Below the pieces are notes generated by a model. It was not told the DNA's origin. It saw only the letters and a program-made list of their open reading frames with translations, and searched no databases. Shown here in pieces: positions 30,554-42,546 of a DNA stretch of 64,000 nt (positions are counted from its first letter, which is position 1; the number at the start of each line of letters is the position of its first letter). The stretch is from NCBI RefSeq assembly GCF_000143415.4, contig NW_003314264.1:3419710-3483709 (forward strand), written 5' to 3'. The stretch is from Selaginella moellendorffii (Eukaryota; Plantae; Lycopodiophyta). Position numbers and translations under genes: made by a program.

Positions 30554-32908
30554 ATGTGTTTGCTCAAGCTCCGAGCAGCAATCGATGGATTGGAGAACAG
30601 GCAGCGAACAGTCTTTGATCTCACATCGCATTGCGCATCGCTCCTCCAGATCTGTCGCAACGCCAAGGCGGCGGCATCGGAAGGACAGCGCCTTCACGCA
30701 GTCCTTGCTCGCTATGGGGTCGATCGATCCACCTTCCTGGGCAATCTCATCGTCCAGATGTATGGCAACTCTAGGAACCTGGCGGAGGCGTGCGCGGCAT
30801 TCGCCCAAATCGCGCAGCGCAACGAGTTCTCGTGGAACTCGCTGCTGCTGGCATTTGTGCAGAGCGGGCGTCTGGACGATGCCATGAAATCGTTCGATCG
30901 GATGCCGCAGTGGGATGAAGTTTCATACAACACGATGGTTTCTGCGTACTGCCAGATCGGACACTTGCATCTCGCAAAGGAGATGTTCGATTCCATGTCC
31001 TGCCCAGGAGTTGTGACATGGACCACCATGCTCTCAGCATATGCCCAGAACGGGCATCTTGGCGAAGCAAGAGAGCTCTTCCTCGCCATGCCCGAGAAGA
31101 ACACCGTGACTTGGAACACCATGATCCAGGCCAATCTCCGCGAGGGATTCGTCGAAGATGCCTGGTGCCTCTTCTCGGTGATGCCCTCCCGGGACGTTGT
31201 CTCTTGGAACATCGTCGTCACTGGGCTCACCCAGATCGGCGAGCACGCCGACGCCCACCTCGTCCTCGCCAAGATCCCCGCTCGGAGCATCTTCACCTGG
31301 AACGCGATGCTGTGCGCCAGCGTACACGATGGGCACCTCTCCACCGCGAGGATAATCTTCCGCGAGATGCCCGAGAGGAACACGATCTCCTGGAACGCGA
31401 TCATCACTGGGCTCGCGCACAATGGCCAGCCGCAAGAGGCCCAGGCTGCGTTTGAGGAGATGGAGAAGAGGGACGTGATCTCCTGGACGTCGCTCGTCGC
31501 CGCCTACGCACAGATCGAGCGCCTGGATCGCGCGCGCGCGCTGTTTGATCGGATGCCCGAGCAGGACGTTGTGGCCGGGAATGCGCTGCTTATGGGATAC
31601 GGGCGAGCCCGGCTGGTAGGCGAGGCTTGGGAGATCTTTAGCGCCACCCCTGCTCGAGTGAGCCTCACTTGGAACCTCATGCTCCAGGCTATGGCGGACA
31701 GCCGCTGCCACTGCGAGGACGCGCGAGAGCTCTTCGAGAAGATGGCCCGGCACAACATCGTTTCATGGACAACAATGCTTAGCTGCTACGCAGAGGGCGG
31801 TCAGGATCAATCGGCCAAAGAGATCTTCGACGCGATGCCTCAGAGGAATCTGGTTTCATGGAGCGCCATGCTGCGTGGATTTATCCAGAATGGTCATCTT
31901 GACAATGCCGTGAGAATTTTCTACAAGTCTCCAGCGAGGGATCTAGTCGCGTGGACGCTTCTTGTGAGCGCTTTTGCGGAGCGAAACGAAGTAGAAAAGG
32001 CGAAAAGTTGGTTCAAAGATATGCCACAAAAGGATCTAATTGCCTGGACCGCGATGCTCACAGCATTTGCCGTGAATGGGGATTTGGATCGCGCCTGGAA
32101 TGTGTTCCACAGGCTTCCAGCGAGGAACACGGTCGCCTGGAACGCCATGATCGCGGCTTGCGGCCAGAACAACCAGGGATCACGGAGCTTGACACTGCTG
32201 GGCTTGATGGACGTGGAAGGGATCCATCCCAGCGCGACGACTTTCATCAGCGTGGCGGACGCTTGCACGAGCCTGACGGCGCTCAAGGAAGGCCGGCTTG
32301 TCCACCAGGAGATCACGCTCGCCAGCGGCGATCTCAGCTCCTCCGAGTCTCTCGGAATCGGCAACGCGCTGGTTAGCATGTATGGCAAGTGTGGCAAGCT
32401 CGACGAGGCGCGAGAGGTGTTCGCGGGGATGATCCAGAGGAGCGATATCACCTGGAACGCGATCATCGCCGCGCACACCCAGAACCACTGCAATCTCGGC
32501 GACGTCGCGGAGCTCCTGGAGTTGATGCTTCTCGACGGCGTGGCGGTGGACGAGATCACGTCCGTGAGCGTGCTCACCGTGTGTAGCCAGGCAGGGCTTC
32601 TCCTCCACGCCAGGGAGTTCTTCCACTCGATGAGCCGCGAGTTCTCCAGCGCTCCAGGGGCGGATCACTACGCTTGCATGATCGATCTCCTCGCGCGGGT
32701 TGGCGAGCTGGAGCAGTGCATGAAGCTGATCTGCGCCATGCCTTTCCAGGCGGATGGGATCTCGTGGATGAGCCTCCTGGGCGCTTGCAAGGGATTGGGC
32801 GATCTCGAGCGAGCATTAGTGGCGGCGGAGATGGCCGTGCGCTTGAATCCCGAGAACTCGGCGGCTTACATTCTCTTCTCCAACATTCTAGAGAAGGACA
32901 AAGGATGA
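30554..32908 (+). CDS. PLS-class PPR-E protein with a long tandem S-motif array
   Basis: 784-aa ORF; many 31-aa repeats (MPEKNTVTWNTM, MPERNTISWNAI, MPQRNLVSWSAM); HYACMIDLLARVG, WMSLLGAC, AAYILFSN. Confidence 0.92.
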   Translation: MCLLKLRAAIDGLENRQRTVFDLTSHCASLLQICRNAKAAASEGQRLHAVLARYGVDRSTFLGNLIVQMYGNSRNLAEACAAFAQIAQRNEFSWNSLLLAFVQSGRLDDAMKSFDRMPQWDEVSYNTMVSAYCQIGHLHLAKEMFDSMSCPGVVTWTTMLSAYAQNGHLGEARELFLAMPEKNTVTWNTMIQANLREGFVEDAWCLFSVMPSRDVVSWNIVVTGLTQIGEHADAHLVLAKIPARSIFTWNAMLCASVHDGHLSTARIIFREMPERNTISWNAIITGLAHNGQPQEAQAAFEEMEKRDVISWTSLVAAYAQIERLDRARALFDRMPEQDVVAGNALLMGYGRARLVGEAWEIFSATPARVSLTWNLMLQAMADSRCHCEDARELFEKMARHNIVSWTTMLSCYAEGGQDQSAKEIFDAMPQRNLVSWSAMLRGFIQNGHLDNAVRIFYKSPARDLVAWTLLVSAFAERNEVEKAKSWFKDMPQKDLIAWTAMLTAFAVNGDLDRAWNVFHRLPARNTVAWNAMIAACGQNNQGSRSLTLLGLMDVEGIHPSATTFISVADACTSLTALKEGRLVHQEITLASGDLSSSESLGIGNALVSMYGKCGKLDEAREVFAGMIQRSDITWNAIIAAHTQNHCNLGDVAELLELMLLDGVAVDEITSVSVLTVCSQAGLLLHAREFFHSMSREFSSAPGADHYACMIDLLARVGELEQCMKLICAMPFQADGISWMSLLGACKGLGDLERALVAAEMAVRLNPENSAAYILFSNILEKDKG

Positions 32909-32933
32909 TCCGCGATCGTGGGCGAGCGCGTTC

Positions 32934-34895
32934 ATGGATCGAAGCGATTGCATCCGGCTGCTCGAGTCGTGCAAGAGCCTATCGCTCGCGGAGACCGCCC
33001 ATCGGCGCGTCCGCGAGGTTTATCCCGCGATCCAGGACGATGCCTTCCTCTCCAACAAGATCGTCCAGATGTATGGCCGCTGCGGGAGCGTGGATCGCGC
33101 CAGGATCGCGTTCGAGAGGAGCCAGAACAAGGATCCGAGCTCCTGGGTGTTCATGCTTTGCGCGTACTCGCAAAACGGGCACCTGGACGATGCGAAAGAG
33201 ATCTTCGACCGGATGCCGGATAGGAATCAAGTGGCCTGGACCGCGATGCTTACGGGGTACGCGCGGGTCGGGGATTTGATCGAGGCCAAGCGCGTCTACG
33301 ATCGAATGCCGGAGTGGGACGTGGTTTCTTCCACCGCGATGCTCAGAGCGTATGCCCAGAATGGGCATATTGTCAATAGTGAGAAGCTCTTTAGCGAGAT
33401 GCCGGAGAAAAATCTTGTTTCGTGGAGTGTAATGCTGGATATGTTCTCACACAACAATGATCTTGCGAAGGCGAGACTTTGTTTTGACAATATGCCTGAG
33501 TGGGATGTTGTTTCCTCGACTACAATGCTTGCAGCATATGCCCAACACGGGCAATATTATAACGCTGAAGGGGTCTTTAACTACATGGAGCACTGGACTC
33601 TAGCTACTTGTTCCACGATGCTCGCAGTTTTTGCACAGAGTTTCCAGGTAGAAGAAGCTAGAAACTTGTTCTCGAGTTTGCCGCAAAGAGATTTCGCGTC
33701 GTGGATTGCTATGTTGAACTGCTATGCTCAAGTTGGTGATGTAGACCAAGCAAAGATTGTGTTTAATCAGATGCCCGAGTGGAATCTCGCCACCTTCACG
33801 GCAATGCTGAACGCGTTTGGAGCCAATGACAAAGTTGACGATGCGAAAGTCTTGTTTGATTCCACACCCGAGCTCGACATGGTACTTTGCACTGCCATGA
33901 TCGAAGCTTATGCCCAGGCCGGGCATACCGTTCTTGCAAAACACATATTTGAACAGATGACTCAGCATGACATTGTGTCATGGAACTCGATGCTATCAGC
34001 TTACGTTAACAAAGGTGGCAGCCTCAATGGTGCTAGGGACGTGTACACTCGGATGCCGTGCTGGAGCGTAGTCACCTGGAACTTAATGTTTGTGGCATAT
34101 ACCCAGGAAGGGCATCTGGAACTGGCAAGGCTCTTGTATGAGGAGATTCCAGTCCGAAACCTAGCATCTTCAACGATTATGCTCGAAGCGTACTCAAGAA
34201 ACGGCTACATTGAAGAGGCTAGTCAAATCTTTGCACAAATGCCTGTGCAAGATCTTGTTTCTTCCACAGTCTCTATCAATCTTTCTGCCCAGTGCAAGAA
34301 TTTGTATTTGGCGAGAGAGATCTTTGAGAAAATGCCGGAGCGCAACGTTGTCTCATGGACCGCACTCTTGAACGCTTACGTTTCAAACTCCCAATTGAAC
34401 TACGCGTTGTCTTTGTTTCATACTCTCCCTTCGCATACTGTTGTAACTTGGAACACCATTGTGGCAGCGTATGCCATGAACGGGCATTCCAGTACTGCGC
34501 TCTTTCTCTTCTACTCGATGAGGATGGCAAGCGAGGCTTCACCGGATGGAATCTCGCTCTTGTCCGTTCTGGTCGCTTGCAATCACACGGGAGACTCGGA
34601 GCTCGCAAGGTCTTTGTTCGTGTCAATGTCGCTGGACTCTGGGATTGGAGCTAGCAAAGAGCACTATGGCTGTATGGTTGATGTCCTGGGAAGAGCCGGT
34701 TACCTGGACGAGGCCGAAGATCTTGTGAACAACATGCCGTTCGAGCCCGATGTTCTAGAGTGGATGAGCTTGCTTGGAGCTTGTCGAGGCTATGGCGACG
34801 CTGCTAGAGGGACCAAGATTCTGGCCCGGATTGTGGCGCTGGATCCGAGAAACGTCGCGGCGTTCGTGTATCTCGCTAGAAAAATACAAAGTTGA
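32934..34895 (+). CDS. PLS-class PPR-E protein with a long tandem S-motif array
   Basis: 653-aa ORF; MPDRNQVAWTAM, MPEWDVVSSTAM repeats; HYGCMVDVLGRAGYLDEAEDL..MPFEPD..WMSLLGAC. Confidence 0.92.
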   Translation: MDRSDCIRLLESCKSLSLAETAHRRVREVYPAIQDDAFLSNKIVQMYGRCGSVDRARIAFERSQNKDPSSWVFMLCAYSQNGHLDDAKEIFDRMPDRNQVAWTAMLTGYARVGDLIEAKRVYDRMPEWDVVSSTAMLRAYAQNGHIVNSEKLFSEMPEKNLVSWSVMLDMFSHNNDLAKARLCFDNMPEWDVVSSTTMLAAYAQHGQYYNAEGVFNYMEHWTLATCSTMLAVFAQSFQVEEARNLFSSLPQRDFASWIAMLNCYAQVGDVDQAKIVFNQMPEWNLATFTAMLNAFGANDKVDDAKVLFDSTPELDMVLCTAMIEAYAQAGHTVLAKHIFEQMTQHDIVSWNSMLSAYVNKGGSLNGARDVYTRMPCWSVVTWNLMFVAYTQEGHLELARLLYEEIPVRNLASSTIMLEAYSRNGYIEEASQIFAQMPVQDLVSSTVSINLSAQCKNLYLAREIFEKMPERNVVSWTALLNAYVSNSQLNYALSLFHTLPSHTVVTWNTIVAAYAMNGHSSTALFLFYSMRMASEASPDGISLLSVLVACNHTGDSELARSLFVSMSLDSGIGASKEHYGCMVDVLGRAGYLDEAEDLVNNMPFEPDVLEWMSLLGACRGYGDAARGTKILARIVALDPRNVAAFVYLARKIQS

Positions 34896-34956
34896 TCCTG
34901 TATGAATATGAATCCGTGCCTTGTTATTGTATGGAGGAAAGAAAAACGAGCCTATC

Positions 34957-35993
34957 TTAGTGAGCTGCTTGTGCAGTTTGGACGCTGTTTCGCATCAAGC
35001 TGATGACAGCAGCTGGATCGGGAGCTCCAAAAACTGAGCTCCCAGCGACAATACAGTTGGCTCCGGCATCGGCAGCTTGCTGGATCGTCGAAGGGCCGAG
35101 ACCACCATCAACCTGTGCGCGGAAGATTTCAAGTAGGGAAAAAGAAAAACTGGTTTCTTGTACCTCGATGTCTAGTGAAGGATATCGAGATCGAAGAGCT
35201 TTCACCTGTGTAGAAAGAAGAGATTTACAAACGGGTTTCAGCACGAAAGATTGATTGTCACCTTGCTCATTGTCTCCGGCATGAACTTTTGACCTCCAAA
35301 GCCCGGCTCCACCGTCATGATCAGCACCAGATCAACATCCCCGCTATCCACCTGAAAGAATTGTTACACAAACTTTTCAAGTAGCTAAAAACTTACCAGA
35401 GGAAAAACTTCCTCCACGGGAGTTCCCGGCTTGAGGCAAACTCCGACTCTCATGCCGCTTTCCTTGACCTTCTTCGACACTCGGTCCCAGTTGTCTAAGA
35501 AGAAAAATCAAGCTTAAGTCATAAAAAGATAGCTGCAAGAGATGAAACCTCGAGAAGCTTCAATGTGGAAAGTAAAGCCTGACGCTCCGGCCTTGGCCAG
35601 AGGCTCCACATAGTCGAGTGGATTCGTGACCATGAGATGGCAATCCAAGTACGCACTGTACAAAAAGAAATAAAAAAATCCAGAGTCTCACTCGGCCTCT
35701 ACCTCGTGTGCTTCCTCAGCGATTGGATCACCGGAGCTCCAATCGTCAAATTTGGAACAAAATGCCTGTGGGATCACACAAGATCAGAGCTCTCCTAGGC
35801 CACATTTCTTACCCATCCTGCAAAACAACGCAATTCTCTCACTCGATCTCAAATGCGCTCGCTCGCAGCTGGGATCACATACCATAATGTCCATGTGTAG
35901 CCAATCCGCGCCGCAATCCAGCATGCGCTGCGCCTCAGCTGCGAGATTGGCGAAGTCGGAGGAGAGCATCGAAGGCGCGATCTTGGCGCTCAT
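34957..35993 (-). CDS. RPE: Ribulose-phosphate 3-epimerase, cytosolic type (multi-exon)
   Basis: [81 protein letters not shown]. Confidence 0.95.
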
Positions 35994-36090
35994 CTTGCAA
36001 ATTGATCACGCACTTCGCACCCTACAAGCCCTTAAATTTTTATCAAAGATTTCATAGAGAAAGGTTTAGCTCGCACGTTTGATACAAGGC

Positions 36091-36171
36091 GTTGACATGG
36101 CCGAGTTGGTCTAAGGCGCCAGATTAAGGTTCTGGTCCGCAAGGGCGTGGGTTCGAATCCCACTGTCAACA
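36091..36171 (+). tRNA. tRNA-Leu(AAG)
   Basis: GTTGACATGGCCGAGTTGGTCTAAGGCGCCAGATTAAGGTTCTGGTCCGCAAGGGCGTGGGTTCGAATCCCACTGTCAACA, with a long variable arm. Confidence 0.96.
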
Positions 36172-36305
36172 ATCCCATTTTATCCTTGTTTAGGCTAGTT
36201 TTCTTAATACTATACTTAAACCAGTGTTTTTTTCTAATCATATTATTATTTATTTTATTTCTACAAAAATAAACCAAACTTGATTAATAACATCTTATCC
36301 AAAAT

Positions 36306-37647
36306 CTAAGGCTGGGCACTAAGGCTAGGGAAAAATGAGTAGCTACACTCTACATCATCAAACCTTCCTTGGTTTTGCTCGTAGCATGGAGCAATCCACG
36401 AAGAATCAATCATGTCATACGCAAAAGGGTACAGTGTTCCAAAGGTGGCCTTCTTGTAGAAGCACGAGAACACCACCATATCCCCAGCTACCTCAAGCTT
36501 CCAATCGTGGTCCTCTTCCTCATGCATTGGCGAGCATGCCAAATCCCTCCACAGCACCCGCGACACAAGCACCCATCCCGCTAGCTCGTAATTTAACTCC
36601 CATATGGAAAATCCCAGCGAACGGTAAGTTGTAACGTCTTGCCAAAACACCAGCTGCGAGGCTAGATAATACTTCCCCTTGTACGTGAATACGAGTCGGC
36701 TTAGGGGCGTCCAACCTTCCCAATCACCTCCTCGATCGATCTCCGGATCAAGGTTTGCGATGGCCGCCCTGTCGTAGTGTGACCAGAGCCTGCTGCTAGG
36801 ATCATACGCGAGAATGAGATGAGCCACATGGTAAGTATAGATCGCATTGCCTCGAAGCGGTGATCCCTGCGATGTGTCGAAGGAGAAAGGCAGCCCACTC
36901 TCCCATATCCCTGCCTTGGAGTCGTACTGCATAGGATAGACGAGGTACATTTTCTCGTCCGAGAAGAATTTCATACCATTCTCGTCAGCTGGGCCAGCAT
37001 CACTATCCTTGGTGTAGAGCACCACAATCTGATACGACCCCTGATCTTGATCGTGTAGCATGGAGATCGTCAGGGAAGGAGGGGGCAATACGTCGCATTC
37101 CTCGATGGGTGGAGGAGGGAGCGTTCTCCAGGAATTGGTGATAGGGTTCCCCACGGCCAGCGCCAACGAGGATTCGTGCTCCATAAGCCTGCCACAGACC
37201 AGCCCATTTGAAGAACAAAGGCCCACGAAATGTGAGCCATGCGGTCCCATGGTCAAACAGCAGCTGGCTGGGCCGCCCTCTTTTGGACGCCACAGCTCGA
37301 CATGGTTCTGCAGCGTCATCCGGTAATCGTAGTAGTTATCGAAATCGCCACTGGCAAGGGAGAGGAAGAAAACTTGAAAGGAAAGGACTCAAGAATCTGC
37401 ATACTTATACGTACATGTCATCTGGCACCTCTGTTCTGACCCGGAGTGCACACCATAGTTGCCGTAGCGACGGGCTGGACGCATACACTGTGGTGAAGCG
37501 CCGCGAGAGCACCGCGCGGTACCATGACTTGCAGACGGCTCGCAGCCTGAAGAGATCTCGCAAGTTGTGCAAGAAGCTCAGGATGTAGAGCACCAAATCC
37601 TCTTCTTGCAAGCGCTCAAAAGCACCACAACAGCAACTCTGATCCAT
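36306..37647 (-). CDS. F-box protein with FBA/kelch-like C-terminus (one intron near 37350-37412)
   Basis: F-box LQEEDLVLYILSFL..LFRLRAVCKSW; CSSNGLVC, VGNPITNSWRTLPP, YDSKAGIW, ILAYDP. Confidence 0.82.
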
Positions 37648-37729
37648 TTTGACCGCAGAGAGGAAAATGGAATGGGATTGTTTATTTTAAAATATGACAG
37701 ATCTATTTGTGGCATTCTTGGTTGATAAG

Positions 37730-38030
37730 TTGAAGTTACAGGAGGTAACATTGTTCTTGATCCTCCACGGATATTGTGCAAGCTAATTCGAAAATGGGTC
37801 TGATTTGGGAGCAAGGAGGTGTGTTGAGTACATTCTCTGGATGGTACCGCGAGCTGGTGGTGCTTTAAGGGTGTTGTGATGGCTCCCATTCAATTGCAAT
37901 TGGCTCCCCTTCAGGTTGCCGAGCTAGGCTAGCCATTAGATGCTCAAGGCAGGCAGCTTGCCAAACGCGAGTTCCTGAGTAGTGCTGGAAACAAGAGAAC
38001 TTACAAGAATGGTGCTATAGTTTATTTTTC
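37730..38030 (-). pseudogene. Decayed paralog of the secreted peptide gene at 38912-39304
   Basis: Shares aagctgcctgc, cagctcgcgg and HPENVLNTPPC coding; flanks also match (37664-37722 vs 38831-38888; 38105-38158 vs 39353-39421); frameshifted. Confidence 0.7.
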
Positions 38031-38911
38031 ATACTACACACAGGTATATTCATAGTCCTATGCTTTTCAGTTGGGCATGACAGTAACTATAACACAATCA
38101 ACATGAAGAGTTTGCAGTATTTCTTTGCATTTTTCCTTCATGATACGAGCAGTGTTGATGTTATACAATCTTAAAAATATTCTAAGAATATTTCTTTCTA
38201 CCTTTCCATCTCACGTAAAAACTCAGCAAAATTTAAATAAATAATAGAAAGATCATTAAAACTACTTTTCATATAAAATATTTATAAAAATTAATAAATT
38301 TACTATTTTCAGAATAAAACTAATTATTAAATTTTATATTTTTGCCAAAAAATAGTTTCTTTTATTAAAAATTAAAAATTTTTGATCACTTTTGATCTGC
38401 ACAATCCTTGGCAACCATGATTCTAAATTACAGTTCACAAACAACCAACTTATCTTGTAGATTCAAAGCTTTTTCCCACATGCTTGCAAGATAATTGTGC
38501 ATCTAAAAATGGATTTAGTTACAAAAATAAAAAACTTTGCTTAAACCATTTTTACTTTTTTAACAATCTACGTTTTATTTTAGTTTTAATAAAAGAATAC
38601 TCTCGAATATCCTAGGAATATAATAGGATATGCCTAGAATCTATTAATTTACCGGAATTTGGGAGCCAAGCACTCCTTCTGGCTACAGCAATTGGGAAAA
38701 ACGGAGCTGGATTATGGACCGCTGGTTTGTGGATGAGCAACAGCCGCTCAAGCGATGGTAACGAGAAGATCTTGGACGGGATGGGCCCACGGCTCTAGGC
38801 GATTGTAAGCGTCTTGAGCTTACTCAAACAGAAAATGGAATGTGATTGTTTATTATGTTTGACAGATTTATTTGTGGGATTTTCGGTGTTTATACAGCAG
38901 CTCTAGTAGTA

Positions 38912-39304
38912 TTACACATAGCAGCAGCCGTTCTCCACCGATGGGCTATTTTTTATGGAGCGCACACTGAAACATTGACCACGATAGGCGAAACCAGCTC
39001 CTTTGCAGTTATGGAGGCTACTTCGATAGTGAGTCTGACTTTGCAAGCAGGGAGGTGTGTTGAGGACATTTTCGGGATGGCAACTTGCATACAGAGCTTC
39101 CCCGCGAGCTGATGGCGTCTTGGGAATGGCGTCAAGGCTCACATTTGTGTCCCTGTGAGGTTGATGAGCTGATGTTGCCTCTCCAGTGCTGTTGAGGCTA
39201 GCCGACTGCTGCCCAAGAGCAGGCAACTTAGGAAATTCGAGGTGAATAGTGGGAGAAACAAGTAGAGAAGTTGCAACAACAAGAAGAATAAGATATGCTG
39301 CCAT
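38912..39304 (-). CDS. Small secreted Cys-rich (defensin-like) precursor, 130 aa
   Basis: Hydrophobic N-terminus MAAYLILLVVATSLLVS, Cys-free middle, six Cys in the last ~56 aa including GQC and CC; TATAAA about 35 bp upstream. Confidence 0.6.
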   Translation of the reverse strand: MAAYLILLVVATSLLVSPTIHLEFPKLPALGQQSASLNSTGEATSAHQPHRDTNVSLDAIPKTPSARGEALYASCHPENVLNTPPCLQSQTHYRSSLHNCKGAGFAYRGQCFSVRSIKNSPSVENGCCYV

Positions 39305-41394
39305 TATTTATTTTTGATAGTAGACATTGGAGTCATATTTATAATGAACTATAAAGAGTTTGCAGTACATTCACAAGCTTTATTTCTTCACATTCTTTTT
39401 GCATGATATGAGAGGTGTTGACCAGTTGTTCTTATTGCTCCATAGGTTTTTTTGGCGAATTTGTATCATTCAGAAATCCCGCAAGTAAATGTAGATTAAA
39501 TCTTGGCAATAAGAGACAAGTTAAGCTTGGCTTGAAAACTTTTCTAGAAGTGGAGACATTGGCAGTTGATATGGATTGCCACCATCGCCTTGAGTGGCCT
39601 TGCAAGCACCCTCAAACGCTTTACTACAAATAGTCGCCCATTCCATCTTTGTCCATCAACAGCTTCGTCACTCCCCTGAACATCCCACCTCAAGAAAACT
39701 TCTTGATTGAGAGAAAAAGAAAGAAAGAATGGAAGGGCGAGTTTCTTTCGCTTGATCATGGCTTCCAAATCTGGCTGGCGCTAGAATGTTTTCCATGTTT
39801 AAAAGAGTAAACTTGGTATGGGTATCACGTCAGCAACAATGGACAGCCCCCGCAAACTTAGTAGATCTTGTCCCACTCATCATCATAAAACAGAAGAACT
39901 CGGAAGTCCGACGCTGCCACCATATCTCCCATTCGGGCAGTTCATCTTGAGCAGTGCTAGGAGCCATCTGTATCACTGTATAATCTGACTAACTCACCGG
40001 ACAGTCGTGGGATTTCATTTCAACGTGAAGCTGTGGTCTCATGTTCCAGTGCTTTTTTATCCTTCACATCTCCTGCAGAGACCACCTCCTAGACTCTGAA
40101 GATGGTTTCTCCAGATCATTATAAACTCGGCAGGAAGGTAGCAGCTTGAGAATTAGATCACCTTACCAAGCCTCTGGCGGAGGGCGATGTGGCAGTTCCT
40201 CGTCCCAGTCATGCTGGGCTGAAACCTTTGAGCTTCGTTCATACCTGAACCTGACATTGAGCTCCAGCTGCTTAAAATTTGGAAATGCGCATATCAAAAC
40301 TTATTGGATCAGCTGGTTTAGGATTGTAGGCAAAAACGTGACAAATGTTTATATGGGTTTAAGGATTTTGAACAATGTGTATTAGAATAGCAGTAGTGGA
40401 TATACCTAAAATATACTTAGAATTATGGGATATTCTAATCATCCTTCTATATTTAAAAGAGTAAGGGTGACATATTCAATCGAGATTCTTTTCGAGAGAT
40501 GAAGACACGTGGGAAAAACAGCTGATAAATCCAATTGCCAATTCTATATCTCCAAAGCTACACTTGTCTGAAATTGTATATCTTTGAATCTGCTGTCCTA
40601 TTCCAGCTTGAGTTACAGCTTTTGATTTATTCTCTAACCAGAAGATCCTTAAAAGCGCCGAGAATTGTGAATATGAAAGCAATGAGTGTTCCAATTCGAG
40701 TGTCATCCTGCACTCACACAGCAACAGATCTAATGTTCATCACATATCTTGGTTGGTTTGTGTGCTCAATGACACTGACTAACAGACCATTTCAGTATTT
40801 CCTTTAGCAGATCCCAAACTGCAATAGAAGCATTGCTACTGTAAGAACAAAAATATTATTTTCTCTTGTGTTTTAAAGTTACTGCTGAGGTCATGGGAGC
40901 AGCAGCGCCTACAATTTTCAGACTCAAAGTAGGAGCAAGTAACTGATTTTCCATTCTCGCCCTGTTTCTTCTTGTTTGTACTGTTTTCTAGAAGATTAAG
41001 TGAAACATTTTGTCAAGTATGCCTTGTAAACCTGATTGGAAGCTTTGCTCAAGATGAAAAAGAAAACACTCTCTGGCACTGTCCAGCTTCCAGTGGAACT
41101 GTGGAAATGGATCAAGTTTCTCTACTTCCTCATCTTATTGTGTCCCACTTATTGAATTGTGAGTGATTAGAAAGCTCTTTAAATTTATGATAACGAATTA
41201 AATATACAAAATTTTAGGAGACCACTACTTCACTTTGGTTCTTTGGAATGATCCTGGTGAAAAACTTTGAGGCTTACAAAAGTGAACACTCAGAAGCAAT
41301 CACATGTGGAAGCAGTGTTTTAAAACTGATTACATGGTCCTTGCATGTTTATGGTCTAGAAGTCTACCCCTTGTCCCACTTGTCCATTTTGATT

Positions 41395-42546
41395 CTTTGG
41401 AGGATGAGAGAATGTAGGAGCTGGAAGACTACGCTGTTCAAAAGGCCGAGGAGACCACGGCTGCCAATTACAAAGCTCTCAATCTTGCTCAATAGATCAC
41501 TTCCGTCATGCTTCATGAGCAGTGCTCATCAGATCTCGCACACTCACAATACTGTTGTAGACATTGATCACGAACTTAGCTGAGTCAATGACACTTTCTA
41601 TCTGATTTCTCTTACCCATCACTTTTGAAAGTTTCATTGGATTCCATGGTGAGAAACTGCTCGGTAGTCTTGGAGGCCTTTTTTTGAGGACCAGACTCAT
41701 AACATAGCAGGACCAATACTTTCTCTATGTGATTCATTCAAGAGAAAAACCTATCATATGGCGCAAAGATCCACTTTGGGATTGAACTGGAGTAACTCCA
41801 GAGGTGTGACTCATTACACAGCAGCCCTTGCTGACTCATTGTTCATTTCTGGGTCACATCATCTCCAAAGCCTCATCTTTTGTCACCCTATTTTTGGCGG
41901 CTATAACTTGGATATTGCTGGTTCCAGCAGAGACCTCTCTAGGAGTCGATAGTGTCTCCTAGATTTCCAATCCTTCTCCTGATGAGTAGCAAGCTTCCAG
42001 ATTGAATGAGCAGTAAAACTTGCTTAGAACTTTTTACCATTACTCAACCCTGAGATACTCTTTGATCCTGGGAGCTGCCTACTTCTTCCCCAAAGAAAAC
42101 AATGTTGTGAAAGTAGGGCTTTGCAAGGGAACTCTACTCTGGAAGCATTGAGAGGATAAAAACTAGCACCTCATGGCTACCTCTGCATAGTATCATTAGA
42201 TACCATGAATCTAAGCAGTAAGAAAGCTAGGAATGCAAGCTAGGAGCATGAATGTTGGGCTAAAGGACCTGTTTCAAATGGCAAGAGCATGAATGGATAT
42301 GTCAAGATTCGTGCTTGAGGTCGAGCACATGCCATGCGGTCATGTCCTCGGTGGGGCAGGACATGGCTACACTGTTGTCATTCATGCTTTTTTCTAACTG
42401 TTAAAAATGTTTTCTACACTAAGAAGCCTTTCTGTTGGCAGTATGGCACAGACCGATTGTGCTCCATAGAAGGTACAAGTCCTCCAAGGCTTCAAAGCTG
42501 CAATGCCTGCTTGGCTTCAATCAAAACTTGTCTGGGTAAGCTATGA
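41395..42546 (+). pseudogene. SNAP25/SNAP33-like SNARE pseudogene (3' limit uncertain)
   Basis: M*ELEDYAVQKAEETT..ALNLAQ*..VMLHEQ / QISHTHNTVVDIDHELS / GEKLLGSLGGLF, with stops and frameshifts. Confidence 0.72.

Noticed and set aside
38600-38645. Recurring gaatatcctagg/ggatatacctag motif (also near 40398 and 51385) as a MITE or Helitron end
   Set aside because: Matches are short and no termini or target duplication could be defined by eye
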